From contig JAFGBW010000103.1 of NCBI GenBank assembly GCA_016932965.1, positions 2,615 through 66,614 on the forward strand: a DNA stretch of 64,000 nucleotides, read 5' to 3'. This stretch comes from Candidatus Auribacterota bacterium. GTDB taxonomy: Bacteria; Auribacterota; JAFGBW01. The position numbers and the translations under genes are program-made. This document shows, in pieces, positions 18,853-27,973 of this stretch. The notes beneath the pieces are model-generated. The model had not been told where the DNA came from, did no database searches, and worked only from the letters and a program-made list of their open reading frames with translations. The number at the start of each line of letters is the position of its first letter. Positions within the stretch are counted from its first letter, which is position 1.

Positions 18853-19395
18853 ATGGTACCTAAAAAAATTTTTTTGACCAAAGGAGTTGGAGCACATAAG
18901 CATAAACTTCGGAGTTTCGAGCAGGCATTGAGGATGGCAGGTATTCAAGCGTGCAATTTAGTGCAGGTGTCCAGTATTTTTCCCCCGAAATGTAAACTCA
19001 TCACCAGAAAAGTAGGATTAACCTGTCTCAAAGCTGGTGCTATCCAGCATGTGGTCATGGCCAGAAACGAAACCAATGAAGCCAACCGCATGATTGCGGC
19101 ATCGGTGGGGCTGTCCAAGCCCATTAAAAATAATGCGTACGGATATCTGAGCGAATACCATTCATTTGGGGAAAATGCCAAGATTGCAGGAGATTATGCT
19201 GAGGATCTGGCTGCAAGCATGCTGGCTGAAACATTGGGGCTTACCGGTTTTGACGCGGATATTGCCTGGGATTCCCGTAAGGAATTATATAAAACCACAA
19301 AGGGATTTTTTACTTCCCGTAATGTCACGCAAACGGCGCGGGGTATCACAGGAAAATGGATTACGGTCATTGCGGCAGCGGTGCTGGTTATCTGA
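18853..19395 (+). CDS. pdaD: pyruvoyl-dependent arginine decarboxylase
   Basis: 180 aa; LRSFEQALRMAGIQACNLVQVSSIFPP closely matches archaeal PdaD ([27 protein letters not shown]), including the Ser-Ser self-cleavage site. Confidence 0.85.
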   Translation: MVPKKIFLTKGVGAHKHKLRSFEQALRMAGIQACNLVQVSSIFPPKCKLITRKVGLTCLKAGAIQHVVMARNETNEANRMIAASVGLSKPIKNNAYGYLSEYHSFGENAKIAGDYAEDLAASMLAETLGLTGFDADIAWDSRKELYKTTKGFFTSRNVTQTARGITGKWITVIAAAVLVI

Positions 19396-19440
19396 TTTGA
19401 TAGAGTCAGGAAAAAGAACTGCCTCATTGGGGATGATGAA

Positions 19441-19514
19441 CACGCCCGACAGGATTTGAACCTGTGACCCACGGATTAGAAATCCGTTGCTCTATCCAAC
19501 TGAGCTACGGGCGC
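19441..19514 (-). tRNA. tRNA-Arg (anticodon UCU)
   Basis: Reverse complement reads GCGCCCGTAGCTCAGTTGGATAGAGCAACGGATTTCTAATCCGTGGGTCACAGGTTCAAATCCTGTCGGGCGTG. It has a 7-bp acceptor stem with one G-U pair, D-loop AGTTGGATAG, anticodon stem ACGGA/TCCGT with loop TTTCTAA (anticodon TCT), and T-loop GGTTCAAATCC. CCA is not encoded. Confidence 0.85.
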
Positions 19515-19579
19515 AAGAGCTACATATACTGGCTGTATATTGAAATTGATGCAAGAATTTTTTTAATAAAGGAGAGAGT

Positions 19580-20908
19580 ATGTTCGGATGTCATCTGGGA
19601 AGAGTATTTCAATTAACGGTTGGCGGCGGATCTTATCAGGAGGGATTGACATCGGTGGTCATGGGATGCCCTCCCGGCATCATCTTGACAGAACAGGAAA
19701 TCTATGGAGACTTGTTATTGAGGAAACCGGGTGCGGATGAGCTGTCTTCTCCAAGAAAAGAGCCGGATTTACCCGTGATTTATACAGGTTTGAATGCTGC
19801 TGACACCATCGAACATGCTGGAAATAAGCACCATACCAACGGAACGCCTGTTACCATTCTGATCCCGAATCTGGACCGTCATTTTATTCACATCAAACAA
19901 TATCAGGACACCAATCGGACACCTAGGCCTGGACATGCCTCTTATGCTTCTTTTATGAAGTACGGGCCAGATGATGACGCGGTGGGTGCCGGTATTTTCA
20001 GCGGGCGATACACCTCCACGATCGTTGCAGGGGGGTATGTGGCGAAAAAAATACTTGAGAAATGCGGCATCAGGGTTTTTGCCTATATAAAAGAAGCAGC
20101 CGGTGTCAAGGCAGATGATCTGGACATGGAAATGTCGTGGAAAAGGAACGCCGCGTATAAAGAGATGCGCCGTGATTTTGACCCGTTTTACCAGGAGATT
20201 TATGTTAAAACAAGGATCCATCCGGACATGCATTTCCTTGAGAAGATGAAGGTCTTTGCTGAAATAGAAAAGGAAATTGATGATATCCGGGCTAAAACAC
20301 CGCTGTTTGATCCTAAAAAAGTGGAAGAACAATATGGGATCAATCCGCTTCTGAACTGTCCTGATCTGGCTGCTGCAAAGGAAATGGTCAAAGCCATCAA
20401 TAAAATCACGCATACCGGGGATTCAAGCGGAGGGGTCGTGGAAGTCATTGCTTTGGGAGTGCCGCCGGGTCTTGGCGAACCTGTTTTTGATAAATTGGAT
20501 GCGGAATTAGGCAGGATGCTGGGTATTGGCGCTGTTAAAGCCGTAGAAGTGGGTGCCGGCCTTTCAGTCAAAGACTTGACCGGGATTCAAAGTAATGATC
20601 AGATGCGTTCTGAAAAGGGGAAAGTCCTGTTTGATTCGAATAATGCCGGCGGAATCACAGGCGGTCTTGCCACAGGACAACCGATTTTAGTGCGTTTGGC
20701 AGTCAAACCGACTCCGACCATTGCCAAAAAACAGCACACCATTGATAAATATACCCTGGAAAACGTCGAATTGGCCGCTATCACACGCCGGGACCCCACC
20801 ATTGTTGCCCGTATCTGGCCAGTGGCGGAAAATTATACGGCACTGGTGCTTTTAGATCATCTGATGCTTCATTTTGGTTTCCAGAAAATCAAAGAAATGA
20901 TCCGGTAG
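19580..20908 (+). CDS. aroC: chorismate synthase (atypical, with internal insertion)
   Basis: 442 aa; strong matches to AroC motifs: [65 protein letters not shown]. Good RBS (aaggagagagtATG). Confidence 0.8.
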   Translation: MFGCHLGRVFQLTVGGGSYQEGLTSVVMGCPPGIILTEQEIYGDLLLRKPGADELSSPRKEPDLPVIYTGLNAADTIEHAGNKHHTNGTPVTILIPNLDRHFIHIKQYQDTNRTPRPGHASYASFMKYGPDDDAVGAGIFSGRYTSTIVAGGYVAKKILEKCGIRVFAYIKEAAGVKADDLDMEMSWKRNAAYKEMRRDFDPFYQEIYVKTRIHPDMHFLEKMKVFAEIEKEIDDIRAKTPLFDPKKVEEQYGINPLLNCPDLAAAKEMVKAINKITHTGDSSGGVVEVIALGVPPGLGEPVFDKLDAELGRMLGIGAVKAVEVGAGLSVKDLTGIQSNDQMRSEKGKVLFDSNNAGGITGGLATGQPILVRLAVKPTPTIAKKQHTIDKYTLENVELAAITRRDPTIVARIWPVAENYTALVLLDHLMLHFGFQKIKEMIR

Positions 20909-20912
20909 AAGA

Positions 20913-22343
20913 ATGTCCCCTCTTCATTCCATCAGCCAGGAAAAATACGGTTTTATTACTGACGTGGAATCCGATGAAGCTCCAAAAGGGTTGAATGAAG
21001 ATATCATCCGTCTGATTTCTGTGAAAAAGAACGAGCCTCAATTCATGCTGGATTTCAGGCTCGATGCATTTCAAAAGTGGCTGTCCCTGCCGCTTCCCCA
21101 GTGGGCTAAAGTGAGCCATCCTGAAATAGATTTTCAATCTATCAAGTATTATTCAGCTCCCAGACAAAAAAACCAAAATCCTAAAGATTTGACCGAAGTG
21201 GATAAGGAGATCCTTGAAACATTCGAGAAACTGGGGATCCCCTTGAGAGAACAGAAAAGACTTGCCGGAGTGGCAGTGGATGCAGTCTTTGACAGTATTT
21301 CTGTGGGGACAACCCATCAGGAAATGCTGGCAGAATATGGCATTATTTTTTGTTCCATCTCGGAAGCAGTCCATAAATATCCGGACCTCATTAAAAAATA
21401 TCTCGGCTCTGTTGTTCCGGTTACGGATAATTTTTACGCGGCATTGAACAGCGCCGTGTTCAGTGACGGATCGTTTTGCTATATCCCCAAAGGGGTTCGC
21501 TGCCCTGTGGATTTATCGACGTATTTCCGTATCAATGCATCGGAAACAGGACAATTTGAGAGAACGCTCATCATTGCCGAGGAAGGAAGCTACGTGAATT
21601 ATCTGGAGGGGTGTACGGCTCCTATCCGGCATGAAAACCAGCTCCATGCGGCTGTTGTGGAACTCATCGCCATGGACCATGCGGAAATCAAGTATTCCAC
21701 GGTACAGAACTGGTATGCGGGCGATAAAAACGGTGTAGGAGGGATCTATAATTTTGTCACTAAGCGCGGTAAATGCGCAGGCAACTATTCTAAAATTTCC
21801 TGGACCCAGGTGGAAGCCGGATCGGCCATTACCTGGAAATATCCGGGCTGCATCCTTTTGGGGGATCATTCGGTCGGTGCCTTTTATTCGGTTGCTCTGA
21901 CCAACAACCGGATGCAGGCTGATACAGGAACCAAGATGATCCATATCGGGAAGAACACCAAAAGCACCATCATTTCCAAGGGGATTTCAGCGGATGAATC
22001 ATCAAACACCTATCGGGGCCTGATCAAGGTGCTTCCTTCTGCCGAAGGCGCCAGAGCTTATTCACAGTGCGATTCTCTGCTTGTGGGAGACCGATGCAGA
22101 GCCAATACATTTCCCTGCCTGGAAGTGGAAAATGATACGGGTGTGGTGGAGCATGAAGCCACGACCAGCCGCATGAATGAAGAGCAGATTTTTTATCTGC
22201 GGTCACGGGGAATTGATTCAGAAGGAGCGATTTCCCTTTTGGTGAACGGGTTTTGCAAGGAGGTGTTCCAGGAACTGCCTCTGGAATTTTCCGTGGAAGC
22301 AGTGCGTCTTCTGGAAATGAAGCTGGAAGGCAGTATCGGGTGA
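20913..22343 (+). CDS. sufB: Fe-S cluster assembly protein SufB
   Basis: 476 aa; typical SufB core ([47 protein letters not shown]) and C-terminal beta-helix region. Confidence 0.9.
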   Translation: MSPLHSISQEKYGFITDVESDEAPKGLNEDIIRLISVKKNEPQFMLDFRLDAFQKWLSLPLPQWAKVSHPEIDFQSIKYYSAPRQKNQNPKDLTEVDKEILETFEKLGIPLREQKRLAGVAVDAVFDSISVGTTHQEMLAEYGIIFCSISEAVHKYPDLIKKYLGSVVPVTDNFYAALNSAVFSDGSFCYIPKGVRCPVDLSTYFRINASETGQFERTLIIAEEGSYVNYLEGCTAPIRHENQLHAAVVELIAMDHAEIKYSTVQNWYAGDKNGVGGIYNFVTKRGKCAGNYSKISWTQVEAGSAITWKYPGCILLGDHSVGAFYSVALTNNRMQADTGTKMIHIGKNTKSTIISKGISADESSNTYRGLIKVLPSAEGARAYSQCDSLLVGDRCRANTFPCLEVENDTGVVEHEATTSRMNEEQIFYLRSRGIDSEGAISLLVNGFCKEVFQELPLEFSVEAVRLLEMKLEGSIG

Positions 22344-22347
22344 AGTT

Positions 22348-22660
22348 TTAATTAATCCGGTAAACCACCACCATTGGTTTTGGACTAGTCAAGTTTGACA
22401 GATGAGTAAGTATTTTTAAAAAATTTTCACCACGAAGGGTAAAAAGAGTTATTGGTGTTGAGTTTACATTTTATTTATTAACTCATGACTCAAAATTTTT
22501 CTCATTTTTTCGTGCTCTTCGTGTCCTTAGTGGTAAAATAAAAATATTTAACTAGAGAATAATATGAATGTTATGCCATATTCAGTGGCTTAATATGAGG
22601 AGGCTTTGAGCCGGGAATATTTTCAAGTCTTCACCTCTGGTGGAGATAACTGACTCAAAG
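22348..22660 (+). repeat. composite intergenic repeat element, copy B (between sufB and sufC)
   Basis: Starts 4 bp after the sufB stop with TTAATTAATCCGGTAAACCACC...GGTTTTGGACTAGTCAAGTTTGACAG. Degenerate IR arms CACCACGAAGG (22427) and CGTGCTCTTCGTGTCCTTAGTGG (22511-22538). 3' module ATGCCATATTCAGTGGC...GGCTTTGAGCCGGGAATATTTTCAAG...CACCTCTGGTGGAGATAACTGACTCAAAG. Confidence 0.6.
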
Positions 22661-22722
22661 CATAGGCCAGTACTTTCGGTAGGGCATCCGAGGAGAGGAA
22701 TTCGATAAGAAGGATCATCAAT

Positions 22723-23490
22723 ATGCTTGTCATAAATAATTTGAAAGTGAGTGTGAATGAAAAGCCGATTCTGGATTCCATCCGTCTTTCTGTCGGGAAA
22801 GGGGAGATTCACGCGATCATGGGCCCGAATGGTTCCGGCAAGAGCACACTGGCCAAGGTCATTGTGGGGCATCCGTTATGCAAGGTGACGGAAGGAAGCA
22901 TGGAATATAACATCAATGGGCAAAGGATCAATTTATTGCCCCTGTCTCCGGAGGAAAGGGCGAGAGAAGGTATATTTCTGGCATTTCAGTATCCAATGGA
23001 AATACCGGGTGTGAGCAATGCCGTTTTCTTAAGGGCGGCGTATAATGAGATTCTCAAAAAAACAGGCCGTGAGGAAATGGATCCCATGGATTTCAATATT
23101 TTCATAAAACAAAAAATGAAGGAATTGGATCTGGATGAATCTTTTATCAACCGTTTTGTGAATGTGGATTTTTCAGGGGGAGAAAAGAAGAGAAATGAGA
23201 TACTTCAGATGGCGGTTCTTTCCCCCAGGCTTGTTTTTCTGGATGAAGTCGATTCCGGATTGGATGTGGATTCACTCAGGACAGTGGCTGACCGGATCAA
23301 CCGTTTGAAAACCAAAGACAATGCATTAGTTCTGGTCACCCATTATCAACGGATACTCAATTACGTGGTTCCGGATTATGTTCATGTTCTCTCCAACGGC
23401 AGAATCATTAAAACGGGCGGAAAAGACCTGGCTTTATATATTGAGGAAAATGGATACGATACCATCAAAGAGGAGAAGAAAAGGGTATGA
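22723..23490 (+). CDS. sufC: Fe-S cluster assembly ATPase SufC
   Basis: 255 aa; Walker A GPNGSGKS, ABC signature FSGGEKKR, Walker B LVFLDEVDSGLD; SufC-typical length. Confidence 0.9.
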   Translation: MLVINNLKVSVNEKPILDSIRLSVGKGEIHAIMGPNGSGKSTLAKVIVGHPLCKVTEGSMEYNINGQRINLLPLSPEERAREGIFLAFQYPMEIPGVSNAVFLRAAYNEILKKTGREEMDPMDFNIFIKQKMKELDLDESFINRFVNVDFSGGEKKRNEILQMAVLSPRLVFLDEVDSGLDVDSLRTVADRINRLKTKDNALVLVTHYQRILNYVVPDYVHVLSNGRIIKTGGKDLALYIEENGYDTIKEEKKRV

Positions 23491-24002
23491 AAAAAACGGT
23501 ATTATTTATTTTAACTGTTTTGATTGGATCGGCTGTCTCCACTTTTTCTTATTCAGAGGAGACGGTCGCCCAGTTGAAAGAAAAAATCATTGATATCCAG
23601 AATGCGGGAGAACTGGGATTTCGCAATTTCACTCTCTGCACCAATATCATCGGATACGGCCAGTATGTGGCCGCTCCTGATAACAAGGTCAAAGCAGGAT
23701 CGGAGATTTATTTTTACTACGAGCCGGTGAATTTGTTTACCAACCGCCTGAATCAATCCTATCAGATTTGGTATACACAGGATATGATCATCCTTTCCCA
23801 GGACGGCAAGGAATTGTACCGGGCTTCCGATGCTTTGAATTTTAATTATCAGAGTCTGGCTCCTGTCATGGATATATATGCTTCGAATACATTGAATCTG
23901 AAGGAAGTGCCTCCTGGAATATATCAGTTCCAGGCAGTCATTCATGATAAATTGAAAAAAAGGGATGCCACGTATTCTTTTGTTTTTGAAGTGGTTCCAT
24001 GA
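23487..24002 (+). CDS. hypothetical secreted protein inserted between sufC and sufD
   Basis: 171 aa; N-terminal signal peptide (MKKTVLFILTVLIGSAVSTFS); start overlaps the sufC stop (ATGA) and its 3' end overlaps sufD; no recognisable domain. Confidence 0.45.
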   Translation: MKKTVLFILTVLIGSAVSTFSYSEETVAQLKEKIIDIQNAGELGFRNFTLCTNIIGYGQYVAAPDNKVKAGSEIYFYYEPVNLFTNRLNQSYQIWYTQDMIILSQDGKELYRASDALNFNYQSLAPVMDIYASNTLNLKEVPPGIYQFQAVIHDKLKKRDATYSFVFEVVP

Positions 24003-24015
24003 TGTTTCAGTGCCG

Positions 24016-25356
24016 ATGAATAAACAGGCTCATTCTTTGGGGATACCGGATGACTTTATCCGGTCTTATGAGGCAACCTGGCAGGAAGTTCTGGTTCCTG
24101 AATGGGTTCGTTCCTGCCGCTCTGAATCCCTGGAGCGTTTGAAAATGATGGGATTCCCTTCCAAGAAGTCTGAGGACTGGAAGTATACGGACCTGACCCC
24201 AATCGTGAACGGGGCCTTTCATTTTTCAAAAGAGCACAGTCTGCCTCAGAATTGCTGTTATAACAGGTTTCACGGTCTATCAGGCCAGGAAATCGAGCTG
24301 GTATTCATCAATGGTGTTTTTTCAAAAGAGATTTCCACCACGGCGAGATCTTTTCCCGGGATAAGAATACGAACGCTCAGGCAAGCAATGCTGGAAAACG
24401 ACGGCATGCTGAAACAGTGTCTTGAAAGAATAAACCAGACCGGCGATTCTTTCAGCCTCCTCAATCAGGCTTTTTTTCAGGACGGGATTTTCTTGGAAGT
24501 TGAAGCGGATTGCCGGTTTCAACCCTGGATTCATCTGGTCTTTTTTTCGACATCCAGTGATAATTTTTTTGCTTCTTTTCCTGCCAATTTCCTCGTTGTC
24601 GGCCAGGGTGCATCAGTCAGGATTTTTGAAAGCTATGTTTCTTTTTCTCAGAATCAGTATTTCACGAACAGCATGACCTCCGTTTTTCTTGAGGAAGGCG
24701 CCTCATTGATGCTAGGCATTATTCAGGCGGAAAGTTTCCATTCCTTTCATATCTGTTCCACCAGAGTGATCCAGGAAAAACGATCCCGTTTTGATTCATT
24801 TTCTTTTCTGTTTGGAGGGGATATTGTCAGGCATAATCTGGATATCCTTCAGCAGGGCGAGCAAGCCCAGAGCTATTTAAACGGACTTTACGCCCTGAAA
24901 GGACGGCAGCATTTTGATACGAAAGTCGTGATTGATCACCAGCGCACAGGCGGCATCAGCAGGCAGTTGTATAAAGGTATCCTGGGAGAAACGGCGCGGT
25001 CCGTTTTTAACGGACAAATTCATGTGCGTAAATCAGCCCAGAAAACGGATGCTTTTCAGTTGAATAAAAATTTGCTTTTGAACACCCGATGCCGTGTGGA
25101 TACTAAGCCGCAGCTTGAAATTGAAACGGACGATGTCAAATGCAGCCATGGTGCTGCCGTCGGCCAATTAAATGAGGAAGAGTTGTTTTATTTGTTGAGC
25201 CGCGGAATATCCAGGTCTCAGGCAGTGGAGATCCTTCTTCATGGATTCGCCGACGAGGTTATCAGCAGACTTGAAAATGAGACCCAGCGTGAGATGATCC
25301 GAAATTTGCTGTCCGGGAATATTTTTTCAAAAATCAAAGTGGATTTGTTAAACTGA
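24016..25356 (+). CDS. sufD: Fe-S cluster assembly protein SufD
   Basis: ORF 23965..25356; ATG at 24016 (MNKQAHSLG) is preferred because it minimises overlap; C-terminal SufB/D beta-helix region with KCSHGAAVGQLNEEELFYLLSRGISRSQA. Confidence 0.8.
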   Translation: MNKQAHSLGIPDDFIRSYEATWQEVLVPEWVRSCRSESLERLKMMGFPSKKSEDWKYTDLTPIVNGAFHFSKEHSLPQNCCYNRFHGLSGQEIELVFINGVFSKEISTTARSFPGIRIRTLRQAMLENDGMLKQCLERINQTGDSFSLLNQAFFQDGIFLEVEADCRFQPWIHLVFFSTSSDNFFASFPANFLVVGQGASVRIFESYVSFSQNQYFTNSMTSVFLEEGASLMLGIIQAESFHSFHICSTRVIQEKRSRFDSFSFLFGGDIVRHNLDILQQGEQAQSYLNGLYALKGRQHFDTKVVIDHQRTGGISRQLYKGILGETARSVFNGQIHVRKSAQKTDAFQLNKNLLLNTRCRVDTKPQLEIETDDVKCSHGAAVGQLNEEELFYLLSRGISRSQAVEILLHGFADEVISRLENETQREMIRNLLSGNIFSKIKVDLLN

Positions 25357-25429
25357 ATCGGGCATCATTTTTTGATTTATATTATGGACCCATTTAGAAC
25401 AAGAATAGCTGCGATAGGATAGAGATCTC

Positions 25430-26647
25430 ATGCTGGATATCAATAAAATCAAAAATGACTTTCCTATTTTGAAAAGAGAGATTCACGGGAAACCTCTTGT
25501 TTATCTGGATAATGCGGCGACCACTTTAAAACCCGTATCCGTTGTCGAAAGGATCCGTCAGTATTATCTCATGGAAACTTCCAATATCCATAGAGGGGTC
25601 TATTATCTGAGTGAACAGGGCACGCTTGCCTTCGAAGCAGTCAGGAAAAAAATCAAGGATTTCATCGGAGCTGGAGATACCAGCGAGATTATTTTCACCA
25701 AAAGCGCCACGGAATCCATTAATCTGGTCGCACACAGCTTCGGCAGGACTTATATCAAAGAAGGAGACGAAATTCTTATTACTGAAATGGAGCATCATTC
25801 CAATATCGTTCCCTGGCAGATGCTTTGTCAGGAAATAGGCTGTTTGATAAAAGTGATCCCGATTGATGATGAGGGCTCTATTCGTTTTGATCAATATGAG
25901 GAAATGTTAAATCCGAAAGTCAAATTAGTTTCACTCCTGCATGTGTCCAATGCACTCGGCTCGATCAATCCTGTTAAGAAGATCATTGACTCCGCGCATA
26001 GACTGAATATTCCCGTTCTGATTGACGGCACTCAGGCTGTCAGTAATACTCATGTCAATGTCAGGGAACTGGATTGCGATTTTTATGTTTTTTCAGGTCA
26101 TAAGATCTTTGGCCCGACAGGGATTGGCGTTTTGTACGGAAAAGCATCCTGGCTGGAAGCCATGCCGCCCTTTTTAGGCGGCGGAGACATGATCCTATCC
26201 GTCACTTTTGAAAAAACCATTTACAATCATATTCCTTATAAGTTCGAGGCTGGTACTCCTCCGATCGCGGAAGTGATTGGATTGGGATCAGCCATTGATT
26301 ATATCCTTTCTATCGGCTTACCTTTGATCACGTCACATGCTGAGGAATTGGCCCTTTATGGAACACAGGCATTACAAACGGTCCCGGGAATCCGGCTCAT
26401 TGGAACTGCTGCGAACAAAAGGCCGATATTTTCGTTTGTTTTTGAGGAGATCCATCCTCATGATATCGGGACGCTTTTGGACCGGCAAGGTATTGCCGTG
26501 AGGACCGGACATCATTGCACTCAGCCTGTCATGCATCGTTATCAAGTGCCGGCCACGACTCGTGCCTCTTTTTCCATTTATAACTCTAAAGAGGATATGG
26601 ACAAGCTGATACAAGTCCTTATGAGTGTGAAGGATAGATTCAAATGA
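25430..26647 (+). CDS. sufS: cysteine desulfurase SufS (class II aminotransferase V)
   Basis: 405 aa; N-terminus VYLDNAATTLKP, PLP-Lys region SGHKIFGPTGIGVLYGK, catalytic Cys loop HHCTQP. Confidence 0.9.
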   Translation: MLDINKIKNDFPILKREIHGKPLVYLDNAATTLKPVSVVERIRQYYLMETSNIHRGVYYLSEQGTLAFEAVRKKIKDFIGAGDTSEIIFTKSATESINLVAHSFGRTYIKEGDEILITEMEHHSNIVPWQMLCQEIGCLIKVIPIDDEGSIRFDQYEEMLNPKVKLVSLLHVSNALGSINPVKKIIDSAHRLNIPVLIDGTQAVSNTHVNVRELDCDFYVFSGHKIFGPTGIGVLYGKASWLEAMPPFLGGGDMILSVTFEKTIYNHIPYKFEAGTPPIAEVIGLGSAIDYILSIGLPLITSHAEELALYGTQALQTVPGIRLIGTAANKRPIFSFVFEEIHPHDIGTLLDRQGIAVRTGHHCTQPVMHRYQVPATTRASFSIYNSKEDMDKLIQVLMSVKDRFK

Positions 26648-27105
26648 ATGCATCTGAAAGAGACGAGCTGTATCAGGAACTGATCCTGGAACACAATAAG
26701 AAGCCGAGAAATTACAGAAAAATCGACAATCCGAGTCATGCTGTTGAAGGGTACAATCCCATTTGCGGTGATCATATCTACCTGTATCTTAAAATGGATG
26801 AAAATAAAATCATCGAGGACATTGCCTTTGAAGGTTCCGGATGCGCCATTTCGAAATCTTCTGCATCGCTGTTGACCATGACATTGAAAGGGAAGACAGA
26901 ACAGGAGGCCAGACAGTTATTTGCTGAATTCCATGATCTTTTGACCGGAAAAATGGACCTTCAGAAGAGCGGACATCATTTGGGGAAATTGGCGGTCTTT
27001 TCCGGCATATGGCAGTATCCTTCCCGTATTAAATGCGCTAGTTTAGCCTGGCATGCACTTGAAAGCGCTTTGAAGGACGGGAAGAAACAAGTTTCGACAG
27101 AATAA
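26644..27105 (+). CDS. sufU: Fe-S cluster scaffold / sulfur transferase SufU (IscU-like)
   Basis: 153 aa; LYQELILEHNKKPRN, NPICGDHIYLYL, EGSGCAISKSSAS conserved Cys/Asp ligands; 4-bp overlap with sufS. Confidence 0.85.
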   Translation: MNASERDELYQELILEHNKKPRNYRKIDNPSHAVEGYNPICGDHIYLYLKMDENKIIEDIAFEGSGCAISKSSASLLTMTLKGKTEQEARQLFAEFHDLLTGKMDLQKSGHHLGKLAVFSGIWQYPSRIKCASLAWHALESALKDGKKQVSTE

Positions 27106-27136
27106 AAAAACCCGATCAATGATCGGGTTTTTTTAT
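27104..27136. terminator. bidirectional rho-independent terminator between sufU (+) and coiled-coil gene (-)
   Basis: AAAAAAACCCGATCAATGATCGGGTTTTTTT: perfect 9-bp stem flanked by an A-run and a T-run. Confidence 0.65.
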
Positions 27137-27173
27137 TCAAACGGATTAAATCTGTCCGGGATGGGACAATAAA

Positions 27174-27833
27174 TTATATTTTTGCCAGCTCTTTTTGTTT
27201 TGCGTCGATGCTCTTACGGATTTCATCCCGGCTTTGTTTCAGGTCTGTCACTTTAGAGCTTGCTTTTTCCAGGTCGCCCTTTTTATTCTGGACCTTTTTT
27301 GTAAGGCTGGCATTCTTGGATTGAAGTGCATTTAAGCTTTTCTTATCCGCGTCTAATTCATTTTGGACTTTTTTCAATTCAGTGGTTTTTTCAGAAATCA
27401 ATTTTTCCAGGGAGGCTTTTTCCGCCATCTTGGCATTGATACTGTCACTCAAGGGCTTTTGGCCTTCACTCTCCTTGGCCAATTCTTTTTCAAGCTCATT
27501 GTACTCGTTTTCGTTTCCTTTTTCTACCTCTTCCGCATCCTTGATTTGCTTATTGAGACTTTCTTCCTGAATTTTCAGATCGTCAATTTGTTTCTGGAGT
27601 TCATTCTGTTTTTCAAGTCGTTCCTGAGCCTGTTTTTTCTTCTGTTGAGCCTGCATGAGCAGGGCCTGTAATTGGGCTTCTTCCTTTGCAGCCTGATCAA
27701 AGGTCGTCTGCGGGGTGACGCCTTGACCCGGTTTTGCACTTTTCTCTTTTTGAGGGGCAGTTTCTTCTGCAGCCATCACCTGCATACTTGTGCCCAGAAA
27801 TAGAACCAATAATAGAGTCATCATGTATCTCAT
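27174..27833 (-). CDS. secreted coiled-coil protein (Skp/OmpH-like or structural)
   Basis: 219 aa; signal peptide, then K/E/Q-rich heptad-like sequence throughout. Confidence 0.45.
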   Translation of the reverse strand: MRYMMTLLLVLFLGTSMQVMAAEETAPQKEKSAKPGQGVTPQTTFDQAAKEEAQLQALLMQAQQKKKQAQERLEKQNELQKQIDDLKIQEESLNKQIKDAEEVEKGNENEYNELEKELAKESEGQKPLSDSINAKMAEKASLEKLISEKTTELKKVQNELDADKKSLNALQSKNASLTKKVQNKKGDLEKASSKVTDLKQSRDEIRKSIDAKQKELAKI

Positions 27834-27973
27834 GGTTCAAACCTTTCTTGATATTTTAAAGTTCCCGATTGTTTCATTTTGTGATCTATACTTTATCTAA
27901 TAAAAAATTATTCTTTTGTCCAAATAAAAAAAAGTTATTTATTATTATCTTAACACAAGGAGAACAGGTCATC

